Source: Bacillota bacterium
GTDB lineage: Bacteria; Bacillota; Clostridia; Christensenellales; Aristaeellaceae
Assembly: GCA_023411395.1 (NCBI GenBank)
Contig: JAEYOV010000062.1
Coordinates: 42,033-106,032 of the forward strand
DNA: 64,000 nt
Direction: 5' to 3'
Below the pieces are notes generated by a model. The model ran no database searches and was not told the DNA's origin. It saw nothing but the letters and a program-made list of their open reading frames with translations. This document shows positions 44,264 through 54,238 of this stretch, piece by piece. The translations under genes and the position numbers were made by a program. The number at the start of each line of letters is the position of its first letter. The first letter of the stretch is position 1.

Positions 44264-46657
44264 CTAGGAGCGTATCACAGCGCCATATTCGCTAGCGCAC
44301 GCCTTGAGCACCTTTTCCATAGCCGCCGTAATCTCCGCCTCGGTGAGGGTATGGTTTGTCGCCCGGAAGGTGAGGGAGAAGGCCACGGATTTTTTGCCCT
44401 CGCCAAGCTGCGCGCCGCGGTATACGTCGAACATGCGGCATTCTTCCAACAAAGCGCCGGCTGCCTTTTCCATGGCCGCCATCACGGGACCCACGGGCTG
44501 GCTGTCCGCCATTACAAGGGCCAGGTCACGGCTCACGGCGGGGTAGCGGGGCAGGGGCTTCACATCCCCCATGGGCACGGCCAAGGCCTGCGTAAGGCTC
44601 AAATCGATTTCTGCGATCAATGCGCGCTCCGGCATGTCGAATTCTTCCATGGTATCGGGATGCACTTCTCCCAGCACTGCCAGCGTTTGCCCGCCCATCA
44701 TAAGCCTGGCGCAGCGGCCGGGGTGGTGGTAGCTTTCTCCGCCGGGCACGGTTTCTGTCTTGATACCCAAACCCATCAGCAGCGCCTGCACCGCGCCCCG
44801 GAGCGTATAGAAGTCCGCGCCGCCGCCGTACATGCCGATGCAGAGCGTCGGCGTTTCCGTGGGCAGTTTTTCAGCAGTGGGCCGATGAGCGTCGAACACC
44901 GCGGCAATTTCGTACAGCCAGGCCTTTTCATTGCCCCGGTTCATGTTCAGAGCCAAGGTTTGCAGCATGCCGGGAGCCAAGCTGGGCCGCATGACGCGGG
45001 TATCCTCCCCCAGGGGATTGAGCAGCATCAGCGGCTTGTTCCGCCCGTCGCCTGCGGGAAGCTTCAGCTTTTCCAGCGCCTTGAAGCTGATGAAGGAGAA
45101 ATTCATGATCTCGGAAAAGCCCATGCCATTGAGCTTTATGCCCAGCGCATCACGAAAGCGCATGGCTTCGCTCCGCCCGCCGGGGGTGGCTTCTCCCCGA
45201 AGCCTGGTGGCGGGAATGGATCCGTAGCCAAAGATGCGGAGCACTTCCTCGGAAAGGTCGGCTTCCCCCTCCACATCCTGGCGGAAGGCGGGCACAGACA
45301 CGTCGATCTCATCGCCGTTTACAGCCACTTCAAAATACAGGCTCTTCAATATATCCACCATGGTTTGCGCAGGGATATTGACGCCGGTGCGCCCTGCGAT
45401 CCGGTTTAAGGAAGCATGGATGACCTGCGGCTTTTGCGGATTCGGATACACATCGATGATGCCTGGCACCACGTCCCCAGCATCCAAAAGGTTCACAAGC
45501 TGGCAGGCCCGCTGCATGGCTTCCAGCGCCGTTTTGGGACAGACGCCCTTTTCAAAGCGGCTGCTGGCCTCCGTGCGCATGGCAAGGCTTCTGGCGGCCA
45601 GGCGGGTGCCCGTGCGGTCGAAGGCGGCGCACTCGAACATCAAAGCCTTCGTTTCCTCGGTGATCTCGCTCTCCTCGCCGCCCATGATGCCGGCAACGCC
45701 CGTGGGGCCCTCCCCGTCGCAGATAAGAAGCTCAATGCCGGTAAGCGCGCGCTCCTTGCCGTCCAGGGTCATGATGGTTTCTCCGGCACTGGCCTTGCGC
45801 ACGATGATCTCCCCGCCCCTGACCCTGCCAAGGTCAAAGGCGTGCATGGGATGGCCCGTTTCCAGCATGACAAAGTTGGTGATGTCCACCACATTGTTGA
45901 TGGAGCGCATGCCAGCGCCGAAAAGGTATTTGCGCAGCCAAAGGGGCGACGGTCCGACACGCACGTTTTTCACCACACGGGCAACGTACCGGGGGCAGAA
46001 ATCCGTGTCTTCCACCGTGACCTTTACATGGTCATGAACGCTGCCGTCCGCTTCCTTCACTGTGATGTCCGGCTTCTTGAAGCTGGTCTTAAACGCTACC
46101 GCCGTCTCCCTTGCCACACCCCATGCGCATAAACAGTCGGGCCGGTTGGCCAGAATCTCAAAATCGATGACCGTGTCGTCCAGGCCGAAAATGGTTTTCA
46201 CATCGGTGCCCAGGGGATATTCCTCATGAAAAATAAACAGACCCGCATCGCCCACGGAGGGATACATCTCCTGAGGCACGTTCAGCTCCGTGGCCGAACA
46301 GAGCATGCCCTCGCTTACAACGCCCCGCAGCTTGCCCTTTTTGATCCTCACGCCGCCGGGTAGCTTCGCTCCTTCCAGGGCTACCGGGACGAGAATACCA
46401 GGCGTCACGTTGGGCGCGCCGCATACGACCTGCAAGGGCGCTCCCTGCCCCGCATCCACGGAGCATACATGCAGATGGTCGCTGCCCTCCACTTTATCTA
46501 CGGCGAGCACACGGCCCACCACCACGTTTTCAATATCTTCCCCCAGGGCTTCGACACCCTCCACCGCCGTCCCGGTCCAGATCATACGGTCCTGATAGGT
46601 TTTCGCGTCCACGGGGATGGGCGCGTATTCCTTGATCCATTGCATGGGAAGCTTCAT
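44264..46657 (-). CDS. pheT: Phenylalanine--tRNA ligase beta subunit
   Basis: 797 aa. The N-terminus is MKLPMQWIKEY..., followed by tRNA-binding, B3/4, B5 and FDX-ACB regions in the usual order. Confidence 0.92.
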   Translation of the reverse strand: MKLPMQWIKEYAPIPVDAKTYQDRMIWTGTAVEGVEALGEDIENVVVGRVLAVDKVEGSDHLHVCSVDAGQGAPLQVVCGAPNVTPGILVPVALEGAKLPGGVRIKKGKLRGVVSEGMLCSATELNVPQEMYPSVGDAGLFIFHEEYPLGTDVKTIFGLDDTVIDFEILANRPDCLCAWGVARETAVAFKTSFKKPDITVKEADGSVHDHVKVTVEDTDFCPRYVARVVKNVRVGPSPLWLRKYLFGAGMRSINNVVDITNFVMLETGHPMHAFDLGRVRGGEIIVRKASAGETIMTLDGKERALTGIELLICDGEGPTGVAGIMGGEESEITEETKALMFECAAFDRTGTRLAARSLAMRTEASSRFEKGVCPKTALEAMQRACQLVNLLDAGDVVPGIIDVYPNPQKPQVIHASLNRIAGRTGVNIPAQTMVDILKSLYFEVAVNGDEIDVSVPAFRQDVEGEADLSEEVLRIFGYGSIPATRLRGEATPGGRSEAMRFRDALGIKLNGMGFSEIMNFSFISFKALEKLKLPAGDGRNKPLMLLNPLGEDTRVMRPSLAPGMLQTLALNMNRGNEKAWLYEIAAVFDAHRPTAEKLPTETPTLCIGMYGGGADFYTLRGAVQALLMGLGIKTETVPGGESYHHPGRCARLMMGGQTLAVLGEVHPDTMEEFDMPERALIAEIDLSLTQALAVPMGDVKPLPRYPAVSRDLALVMADSQPVGPVMAAMEKAAGALLEECRMFDVYRGAQLGEGKKSVAFSLTFRATNHTLTEAEITAAMEKVLKACASEYGAVIRS

Positions 46658-46684
46658 ATCATTATCCTCCTCAAGTAGGCGGTC

Positions 46685-47713
46685 TTAACGGAACTGCGAC
46701 AGGAACCGCATGTCGCCCTCGAACAAAAGCCGCATGTCCCTGATGCCGTAGCGCAAAATTGCCAGACGGTCCAGGCCGATGCCGAAGGCAAAGCCGGAAT
46801 AGACGCTGCTGTCGATGCCGCACATGTCCAGCACCTTGGGATTCACCATGCCGCTACCCAACACCTCGATCCAGCCGGTACCCTTGCAGATGCGGCAGCC
46901 CTCGCCGTGGCAGGCCACGCACGTCAGGTCCACCTCCGCGCTGGGCTCGGTAAAAGGGAAGAAGGAGGGGCGGAAGCGGATCTGCATATCCGGCCCGTAC
47001 AGGCGTTTGGCAAACGCCTCCAGCGTGCCGCGCAAATCGGCCATGGTCACATCCTTGTCCACCACCAGGCCTTCCAGTTGGTGGAACACCGGGGAGTGGG
47101 TGGCATCCACCTCGTCGGCTCTATACACCCGGCCAGGGCAGATGACGCGGATGGGAGGCTTGCGGCTGAGCATGGTGCGTGCCTGGACCGGAGAGGTATG
47201 GGTGCGCAGCACGGTGTTTTCATCAAAATAAAAGGTGTCCTGTGCATCTCTTGCGGGATGGTTTTTCGGAATGTTAAGCAGCTCGAAATTGTAGTGGTCC
47301 AGTTCCACCTCCGGGCCTTCCACCACCTCAAAGCCCATGCCGGCAAAGCACTCCGTCATATCGCGGAGTACCAGCGTCACGGGATGGGGCTTGCCGATAA
47401 AGGGCAGTTCCCTTGGCTCCGTCACGTCGATGGCTTCGCGCTTCATGGCTTCCTCCCGCTCCTTTTTGCCAAGAAGCGTTTGCTTCTTAAAAAGGAGCGC
47501 CTCAAATTCCTCACGGGCGTTGTTGATAAGCTGTCCGGCCTGGGGCCTTTCTTCAGGGTTCAGTTGCCCCATCATACGCAGCAGGGCCGTGAGGTCCCCC
47601 TTTTTGCCCAGCATGTTCACCCTCAGGCCCTCCAGCGCCTGGGTGGAAGCAACCTCCGCAAGCTCCGTCAAAAGGCGCTCCCGCAAAGAACCAATCATCT
47701 CCCGGATGTCCAT
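46685..47713 (-). CDS. pheS: Phenylalanine--tRNA ligase alpha subunit
   Basis: ATG at 47713 follows AAAGGGGA. The class II motifs are ...HPARDAQDTFY..., ...FRPSFFPFTEPSAEVD... and ...GFAFGIGLDRLA... Confidence 0.92.
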   Translation of the reverse strand: MDIREMIGSLRERLLTELAEVASTQALEGLRVNMLGKKGDLTALLRMMGQLNPEERPQAGQLINNAREEFEALLFKKQTLLGKKEREEAMKREAIDVTEPRELPFIGKPHPVTLVLRDMTECFAGMGFEVVEGPEVELDHYNFELLNIPKNHPARDAQDTFYFDENTVLRTHTSPVQARTMLSRKPPIRVICPGRVYRADEVDATHSPVFHQLEGLVVDKDVTMADLRGTLEAFAKRLYGPDMQIRFRPSFFPFTEPSAEVDLTCVACHGEGCRICKGTGWIEVLGSGMVNPKVLDMCGIDSSVYSGFAFGIGLDRLAILRYGIRDMRLLFEGDMRFLSQFR

Positions 47714-47745
47714 TTCGCTTTCCCCTTTCCTGAGCGCAAGCAATG

Positions 47746-48097
47746 AAAAAGCCTTCCTCCCATATGGATATACCATGGGACGAAGGCATACTGCCGCGTG
47801 TTACCACCCAAATTCCGCACAGGTCTAAACCGATGCGCTCGCCGCTTCATAACGGGGGCGTGCCCGTCCCCGCCTACTGCCTTTTCGCCCGTCACCGCTT
47901 TTGGCGGCGCCGGGTACGGCAAGTGCCATTATGAAACGGCCCTGCCTGGGCCAGCTTTGCCGGCCCTCCACAGTGGTTTGAGCGGGGAAGCTCGGGAGTG
48001 AATTTCCTGCGGGCTCTGCGGACGGCTTTCAGCCGGTGACCGTCCTCTCTTTGGCATTGCCTTTATGCAGGCGTTGTTCTCCGTCATCGCCTTTGTT
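47746..48097 (-). promoter_or_regulatory. T-box leader (Phe specifier) controlling pheST
   Basis: On the minus strand there is an AGAGAGG stem I start, a GGAAATTCAC specifier loop (UUC followed by A; codon at 48002-48000), and the conserved T-box AATTTGGGTGGTAACACGCGG (47814-47794). The terminator is GCCTTCGTCCCAT...ATGGGAGGAAGGC plus TTTTT (47787-47746). Confidence 0.85.
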
Positions 48098-48104
48098 GGA
48101 ATGC

Positions 48105-48133
48105 AGTATAGCACATTTTCACTTTCGTGACAA
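48105..48133 (-). promoter_or_regulatory. Promoter of the pheST T-box leader
   Basis: On the minus strand: TTGTCA (48133-48128), 17-nt spacer, TATACT (48110-48105). Confidence 0.55.
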
Positions 48134-48258
48134 GTGCCTGCTTGCGGTCTATCGTCCAGTTTTTTCATAAAACCGTTTTTTCAATAAAACTTTCCCACAT
48201 TTTGAAACATCTGTATAATAGAATGACTGCGGCTGCGGCCCGGGAAAGGATTGCACAC

Positions 48259-49257
48259 ATGAAACGAGCTTTATCCTTGCTTATGGTTTTCCTATTGCTG
48301 CTTATATGCCTCCCCGTCCTGGGGGAAGAAGCTGTCCCTGCCGGGGCTTCTCAAACGGTATTATTGGAGGCCTACGCCAATACCAAATTCCTGATCCGTG
48401 ATACACCCAGGGAGGAGGGCCGCCGGATCAAAGCCGTGGAGTCCCACGAAAAGGTAGCCGTTTACGATTGCGGCACGGAATGGTGCATCATCTCCTGCAA
48501 GGGTGTCACAGGCTACTGCAAAACGAAATGGCTGTGTCGTTTCTGCTCCCTGCAGCCCTTTTTGGCACGGGTGCCGGGTGCGACGCAAATGGCAGGTATC
48601 GCGAGGGTATCAGCGCCTGTGCATGTGACGGTATCCGGTTACGGCGGCAATATGCTGTCGGCAGGCGACCTGCTGGCCGTTTCCTGCTGGGTGGACGGAT
48701 CGGCCATCTTACCCATGATGCGCAAAACGGCGGAGATACCGGCGGGGCATTTGACTTTCGAACCCTTTGTACCATGGGACAAGGCAGAGCCGGGAGATGT
48801 GATCGGCGGTTTTACGACCTATTACAATGATACGACCGGGGGGAGGAAACTGGCTCCGAACAGGCGGTGGAACATCGAGTTGGCCTGCAGCCGCGTAAGC
48901 GGCCATGTGGTGTCTGCCGGAGCCGATTTTTCCTATAACAAGCTGTGCGGGCCTTACACAAAGGCCAACGGCTACAAGATTGCCCCCAACGTCAGCAGGG
49001 ATGGGGTGGGATACGGTGGCGGCGTATGCCAGTTGACTACAACAATTTGCAATGCGGTGCTGGACCTGCCCCTTCAGATTCAGGAATGGAACCTTCACCG
49101 GGAAACGGGAGTAGCGTACATCCCCAGGTGGTTTGACGCCGCCGTAGGGTCATACAGCGATTTTATTTTCACCAACACACTCCCCTATGCCATATGCTTT
49201 TCGGCGCTGCCCCAAAATGGCGTGCTGACGGTGATCATCGCCCGCGCCCCGTCATAA
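48259..49257 (+). CDS. VanW family protein with an N-terminal SH3-like domain
   Basis: ATG at 48259. Signal peptide MKRALSLLMVFLLLLICLPVLG. The sequence ...GYGGGVCQLTTTICNAVLDL...DAAVGSYSDFIFTNT is typical of VanW. Confidence 0.75.
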   Translation: MKRALSLLMVFLLLLICLPVLGEEAVPAGASQTVLLEAYANTKFLIRDTPREEGRRIKAVESHEKVAVYDCGTEWCIISCKGVTGYCKTKWLCRFCSLQPFLARVPGATQMAGIARVSAPVHVTVSGYGGNMLSAGDLLAVSCWVDGSAILPMMRKTAEIPAGHLTFEPFVPWDKAEPGDVIGGFTTYYNDTTGGRKLAPNRRWNIELACSRVSGHVVSAGADFSYNKLCGPYTKANGYKIAPNVSRDGVGYGGGVCQLTTTICNAVLDLPLQIQEWNLHRETGVAYIPRWFDAAVGSYSDFIFTNTLPYAICFSALPQNGVLTVIIARAPS

Positions 49258-49331
49258 ATCGCAGGGTAGGGATTGCAAATCACGCGTCCGTGAAGTAATC
49301 TATACATATTCTCTCAGGAAAGGGTATTGCC

Positions 49332-50030
49332 ATGCCTGCTTTGCCTTATTCCCTGCTTTTGGCGGATGCCGACAACACGCTTTTTGATTTTTACGCTGCG
49401 GAAAAAGCCGCGCTTCACGACGCGCTGTCCTTTTGCGGCCTGCCCGTTTCCGATGATATAGCCCGGCTCTATTCCAGCATCAACGAATCGCTCTGGAAGG
49501 CCTATGAAAGGCGGGAAATCACCCAGGAGGAATTGAGGGTGGAGCGTTTTGCCCGGCTTTTATCCCATTTACCCGCCGTTTTCCACACGGCGGAGGAGGT
49601 GGGCAATTGCTTTACCGGCCGCCTGGGCCAGTACGCCTTTTTGATGCCCGGCGCCTTGGAATTTGTAAAGACCGTGCATGAGCATATGCCCATCATATTG
49701 GTCACCAACGGTATCGCCTCGGTGCAAAGGTCAAGGCTTGAAAGATCCGAAATCGCTGCCTACATCGACGATGCGGTCATCAGCGGAGAGACTGGCTGTT
49801 CCAAGCCCGATCCGAAAATGCTGTTCCTTGCCATGGAAAAGAGGAACATAACCGATAAAAGCCGTGTGATCCTTTTGGGGGACAGCCTTACCGCCGACAT
49901 CGAGGCCGCCCGGCGGGCGGGGATCGCCTCCATCCACCTGTGCGGGCCGGGCAACAGGCATCAGGAATCCCCCGCCGATTTCCAGGCTGAAACACTGGAA
50001 GAGGCCTGTAAAATCCTGCTGGGCGGTTGA
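49332..50030 (+). CDS. HAD-superfamily hydrolase (YjjG-like nucleotidase subfamily)
   Basis: Motif I is LLADADNTLFDF. Later motifs are VTNG and GDSLTADI. Confidence 0.8.
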   Translation: MPALPYSLLLADADNTLFDFYAAEKAALHDALSFCGLPVSDDIARLYSSINESLWKAYERREITQEELRVERFARLLSHLPAVFHTAEEVGNCFTGRLGQYAFLMPGALEFVKTVHEHMPIILVTNGIASVQRSRLERSEIAAYIDDAVISGETGCSKPDPKMLFLAMEKRNITDKSRVILLGDSLTADIEAARRAGIASIHLCGPGNRHQESPADFQAETLEEACKILLGG

Positions 50031-50100
50031 CAGGTCATGCGCCCCGGCTTACAATACATCCACGACCCAATACATGCGGCGGAAGGAAGGTGACGCCGCC

Positions 50101-51240
50101 ATGACGCCGGTTCCACTGAAATTGAATAACCTGCAAAAGCAGCTCGGTCAGGCGCAAGTGCTCCGGGGTGTGGATTTGAACCTGCTGTCCGGAGAATTTT
50201 TATCGCTGGTAGGCCCTCCCGGCTGCGGCAAGACCACCCTTGCGCGCATCCTTGCCGGGCTTTCGAGGCCCTCCTTTGGCCGGGTGCTGCTATCCGGGCG
50301 GGATATTACCGGCCTTCCTCCCGGCAAAAGGGAACTGCGCGCCGTATTTGATGACACGCCATTGTTTCCCCACCGCAGTGTGCTTACGAACGTGGCCTAC
50401 GGCCTGAAATTTCAGGGGCTTGGCTGCAGGGAGCGGCGTGGGCAGGCCCTGCATATGCTTGCCCTTATAGACCTCGAGGATATGGCGGAAAAACGGCCCA
50501 AAACACTTTCGCCCTATCAATACAAGATGGCGGTACTGGCCCGTGCGCTGGCCTTGCGGCCCCAGGTACTGCTTTTGGACGATCCTTTTGCTCATCTGGA
50601 GGTAGGCGAGCGCAGGCGGATATTGGCGTTCTTGAAAGCATTACAGCAGCAATGGCACTTTTCCGTGCTGTACTTAACCCGTGACCGGGAGGAGGCCATG
50701 GCCGTCTCCCATCGTATGGCGCTGATGCTTTCCGGGCGCGTGGAGCAGACGGGGACGCCGGAGGAGATATACCACCGCCCGGAAAGCGTTGCCGCTGCCC
50801 GCCTGATGGGCCCCACGAACCTGCTGCCCGGCGTGGTGGCTGCGCGGCGTCCCGGCGGGCTTGTGGCCATCGACATGGATGGGCTGACGCTGCCCGCCCA
50901 AACTTTTAGACCACCGCCCGCGATCGGGGAGGATGTGATTTTGTGTGTGCGTCCAGAGCAGGTGCGCCTGTTTGACGCACCTAGGCCCCACAGCCTGTTA
51001 AGCGGCCTGTTCACGGGCTTGCACCGGGAGTCGGGACAAAGGTTTTGGTCAGTTACACTGCCCACCGGGCAGGAGATTTTGTGCGATGACCCCCAAGCGG
51101 AGCAACTTGTCCCCGGCAGCCGCGTATTCGTCTGGTGGGATACCGGCAAGGCGTTCCTGATACCTGGGGAGGATGATTCCCTGCCCGCCCAGGAAAATCC
51201 CATGGGTGTCGGAAAGGAGGTGCCCCTGTGCGTCCCATGA
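50101..51240 (+). CDS. ABC transporter ATP-binding protein (PotA/CysA-like architecture) with degenerate catalytic motifs
   Basis: Walker A GPPGCGKTT is intact. The other motif positions read VFDD (Q-loop), LSPYQ (signature), LLLDDP (Walker B plus catalytic residue) and LTRD (H-loop). A TOBE-like C-terminal domain is present. Confidence 0.75.
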   Translation: MTPVPLKLNNLQKQLGQAQVLRGVDLNLLSGEFLSLVGPPGCGKTTLARILAGLSRPSFGRVLLSGRDITGLPPGKRELRAVFDDTPLFPHRSVLTNVAYGLKFQGLGCRERRGQALHMLALIDLEDMAEKRPKTLSPYQYKMAVLARALALRPQVLLLDDPFAHLEVGERRRILAFLKALQQQWHFSVLYLTRDREEAMAVSHRMALMLSGRVEQTGTPEEIYHRPESVAAARLMGPTNLLPGVVAARRPGGLVAIDMDGLTLPAQTFRPPPAIGEDVILCVRPEQVRLFDAPRPHSLLSGLFTGLHRESGQRFWSVTLPTGQEILCDDPQAEQLVPGSRVFVWWDTGKAFLIPGEDDSLPAQENPMGVGKEVPLCVP

Positions 51241-51971
51241 AACGCGCCTTTCCGCTTCCTTTCTGGCTGGCTGCCTATTTGATCCCCCTTACGCTTATCC
51301 TGCCCGGCCTGCTTTTGCTGCGGGAAGATACGGCGCAGACCGTGTTCCTGTATGATATATCGGTGTTTGCGGACATAAAAGGCCTGCGCGCTTTCGCGGC
51401 GAGATGGGAAACGGCGCTAAATGCCACCGCCCTGTGCCTGGTCGTAGGCTACCCCGCCGGATGCCTCCTTGCCCTGTGGCGGCGGCGCACGGTTTTTATG
51501 GCCTTTTTTACGCCTGCTTTGTTCCTATGCGGCGCGGTGGTCTTGTATGGACAACGGCTGGTTTCCCTGCTCCCCCGGGTGCTTGAGCCCGTTTTGCTCC
51601 TGGCCGAAGGGCTGCGCGTCCCGCAGGCCGCCGCCATGGCTCTTGTCTTTTTGCCGGTGATGATCCTGTGCACATGCTCCTTTGCGGCGGCGGCGGACCC
51701 GGCCCTATACAGAACTGCCTGCGGCCTGGGCGCGTCCCGTCAGCGGGCCTTCCTCACACTCATCTTCCCCCGCACGCTAAAGGGGCTGTTGGCGGGCTCC
51801 TTCCTGGTTTTCCTTCCCGCCCTGGCGCTTTCCCTGGTACCGGGGCAGGATGCCGGGATCTCCTTCAGCCTTGCTGCCCTCATAAGCGCTGTACTTCTCC
51901 TCTTGACCTGGATGATTATGACGGGTTGCTTGCTGGCTCTGAACAAAGCAAGGAGTGTATCGCCATGTTGA
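51228..51971 (+). CDS. ABC transporter permease (single, PotB/C-like)
   Basis: About six hydrophobic segments. The EAA-like loop is ALYRTACGLGASRQRAFLTLIFP. Overlaps both neighbouring genes. Confidence 0.65.
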   Translation: MRPMKRAFPLPFWLAAYLIPLTLILPGLLLLREDTAQTVFLYDISVFADIKGLRAFAARWETALNATALCLVVGYPAGCLLALWRRRTVFMAFFTPALFLCGAVVLYGQRLVSLLPRVLEPVLLLAEGLRVPQAAAMALVFLPVMILCTCSFAAAADPALYRTACGLGASRQRAFLTLIFPRTLKGLLAGSFLVFLPALALSLVPGQDAGISFSLAALISAVLLLLTWMIMTGCLLALNKARSVSPC

Positions 51972-53083
51972 TTACAAACGCAACCGCCTATCTGAACGGG
52001 CGGTTTTACGGGCATATATCTATTCGTACCCGTGGGGACGTGATTACGGAGGCAGGCACTTCTCTTTCCCCCCGGCCGGGAGAGGAAACGGTGGATCTCA
52101 GGGACGATTTCCTTCTGCCGGGGTTTGTGGATGTGCACATCCACGCCTTTAAGGGCATGGATACCATGGCCGGGGAGGAAGCCGTGCGCCATATGAGCCG
52201 GGAACTCAAAAAGGTCGGCGTAGCTGCCTTTTTGCCCACCACCATGAGCGCTTCCCTCCCGGATACGAAGGCCGCCCTTGCCGGCATCGATTCGGTGATG
52301 AAGCGTCCCGAGCCGCAAGGGGCCAATGTTTTAGGTGCTCATATGGAAGCGCCTTATCTGAACGCCCACCGGTGCGGTGCTCAGGTGGCCGCCCATTTCC
52401 TGCCCCCCTCCATGGAATCCTGGCTTCAAATGACGGGGGAATTCGCCTCCGCCGCGCGCATCATTACCCTGGCCCCGGAATTAAGCGGGGCTGAGGCTTG
52501 GATACGTCAAATTGCATCCCGGAGGATTGTGGTATCCATCGGCCATTCCGACGCCACCTGTGAGCAGACGCATCTGGCGGCGGACTGGGGCGCCACCCAC
52601 GTCACGCATCTGTTCAACGCCCAGACACCGCTGCACCACCGGGAGCCGGGGGTGCCCGGCGCGGCCCTTACCGACGACAGGCTGTATGCTGAGGTAATCG
52701 GCGACGGCATCCACCTGCATCCGGACATCCTCCGCCTGACCATCCGTGCCAAGGGCAGGGAAAAGACTGTGCTTGTCACCGACGCCATGGAGGCCGCCGG
52801 CATGAAGGAAGGCACGTATCAGCTGGGCGGCCAGCAGGTAACCGTCAAGGACGGGGCCGCAAGGCTTTCCTCGGGCACGCTGGCCGGTTCGACACTGACC
52901 ATGGCAAAGGGCTTGCGAAACCTCATCCGCTTTGGCTTAGAGCCGGAGGATGCCATATTCATGGCCACCCAGGCCCCAGCTGATTCCATTGGCGAAAAGC
53001 TGCTTGGCCGCATCGCTGCCGGCGCACCCGCCGTATTCACCCGCTGGGATAAGGGATGGAACATGGTTTCCGTAATCGGCTAG
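51965..53083 (+). CDS. nagA: N-acetylglucosamine-6-phosphate deacetylase
   Basis: ATG at 51965. The sequence LLPGFVDVHIHAFKG...LAPEL...IGHSDAT...HLFNA...DGIHLHP is the NagA metal-site pattern. Confidence 0.88.
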   Translation: MLITNATAYLNGRFYGHISIRTRGDVITEAGTSLSPRPGEETVDLRDDFLLPGFVDVHIHAFKGMDTMAGEEAVRHMSRELKKVGVAAFLPTTMSASLPDTKAALAGIDSVMKRPEPQGANVLGAHMEAPYLNAHRCGAQVAAHFLPPSMESWLQMTGEFASAARIITLAPELSGAEAWIRQIASRRIVVSIGHSDATCEQTHLAADWGATHVTHLFNAQTPLHHREPGVPGAALTDDRLYAEVIGDGIHLHPDILRLTIRAKGREKTVLVTDAMEAAGMKEGTYQLGGQQVTVKDGAARLSSGTLAGSTLTMAKGLRNLIRFGLEPEDAIFMATQAPADSIGEKLLGRIAAGAPAVFTRWDKGWNMVSVIG

Positions 53084-53251
53084 CGTTCTTTCCCTACACG
53101 CCCCGTCTTTTGAAGGGATTACGCATGAAGGGCAGGAATTTTACCAAAACTCCCCTTGACGGCATATCCGCCTTCCGGCATTTCTATTGCCTGAAAGGCG
53201 TTTTTGCGGTACAATAAAAGGGGGAAAATTCCCCCTTTCAGGAGGAAGCAC

Positions 53252-54208
53252 ATGGAGAGCAATCCCTGCGGCGCGCCCTTTTACGGGCCGTTTCTGCAAA
53301 AGATAAGGGAACGGATCCCGCAGGACCGGATACGATTGCATGCGCCCATGTCGGAGCATACAACGCTCCACATCGGCGGTCCTGCCGATATACTGGCGAC
53401 AGCGCAAAACGCGCAGGAAATCGCTTTCCTTGTAGCATGCGCCAATGAGTACCACATTCCCGTTCTGATGCTGGGCAATGGCAGCAACCTGCTTGTAAAG
53501 GATGGGGGCATCCGTGGCCTGGTGGTAAAGTATGGGGAGGAAATGGCCTCCATTTCGGTGGAGGGAACTGCTTTGACAGCCAAGGCCGGGGCCTCCCTGG
53601 CCGCGGTGGCCAAGGAAGCCGCAAGGCACGGCCTGACGGGACTTTGCTACGCCTGCGGCATACCGGGTACGGTCGGCGGCGGCGTGTACATGAACGCCGG
53701 GGCCTATGGCGGGGAACTGAAGGAATCCATCATCGAAGTGGAGGCCATCACCGCGGACGGGCAGATACGCACCTACGCCGGGGAAGAGATGCACTTTGGC
53801 TACCGCCACAGCCGCGCCCAAGAGGAGCCGATCATCATCACCTCCGTTAAGTTTCAGCTTTCTCCCGGTGACAAGGAAACCATATGGGCGGACATGAAGG
53901 AATTCAACCGCCGCCGCAATGAAAAGCAGCCCATGGATCTGCCCAGCGCCGGAAGCACCTTCAAACGGCCGGAGGGCTACTTCGCGGGACAACTCATCGA
54001 CCAGGCCGGGCTTCGGGGCGTGAGGGTTGGCGACGCCCAGGTGAGCGAAAAGCACGCGGGCTTCCTGGTGAATACCGGGAACGCCACCGCGGCGGATTTC
54101 CTGGGCCTTATCGCCCTTGTACAGCGCACCGTCCATGAAAAGCACGGCGTGTGGCTGACGCCGGAGGTACGCATCGTGGGGGAGGACGCCCCTATGCATC
54201 TTGTTTAA
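53252..54208 (+). CDS. murB: UDP-N-acetylmuramate dehydrogenase
   Basis: ATG at 53252 follows AGGAGG. The sequence HTTLHIGGPAD...LGNGSNLLV...PGTVGGGVYMNAGAYG...SAGSTFKRP is the MurB type II pattern. Confidence 0.92.
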   Translation: MESNPCGAPFYGPFLQKIRERIPQDRIRLHAPMSEHTTLHIGGPADILATAQNAQEIAFLVACANEYHIPVLMLGNGSNLLVKDGGIRGLVVKYGEEMASISVEGTALTAKAGASLAAVAKEAARHGLTGLCYACGIPGTVGGGVYMNAGAYGGELKESIIEVEAITADGQIRTYAGEEMHFGYRHSRAQEEPIIITSVKFQLSPGDKETIWADMKEFNRRRNEKQPMDLPSAGSTFKRPEGYFAGQLIDQAGLRGVRVGDAQVSEKHAGFLVNTGNATAADFLGLIALVQRTVHEKHGVWLTPEVRIVGEDAPMHLV

Positions 54209-54238
54209 TTTTGACCCTGGAGAGGAAGGAAAAGTACC

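Noticed and set aside
53218-53241. The hairpin AAAGGGGG-aaaatt-CCCCCTTT abutting the murB RBS as a translational control element.
   Set aside because: The best promoter candidate (TACAAT at 53212-53217) would start transcription inside the 5' arm. In that case the hairpin would not form in the mRNA. The evidence is too weak to report as a finding.
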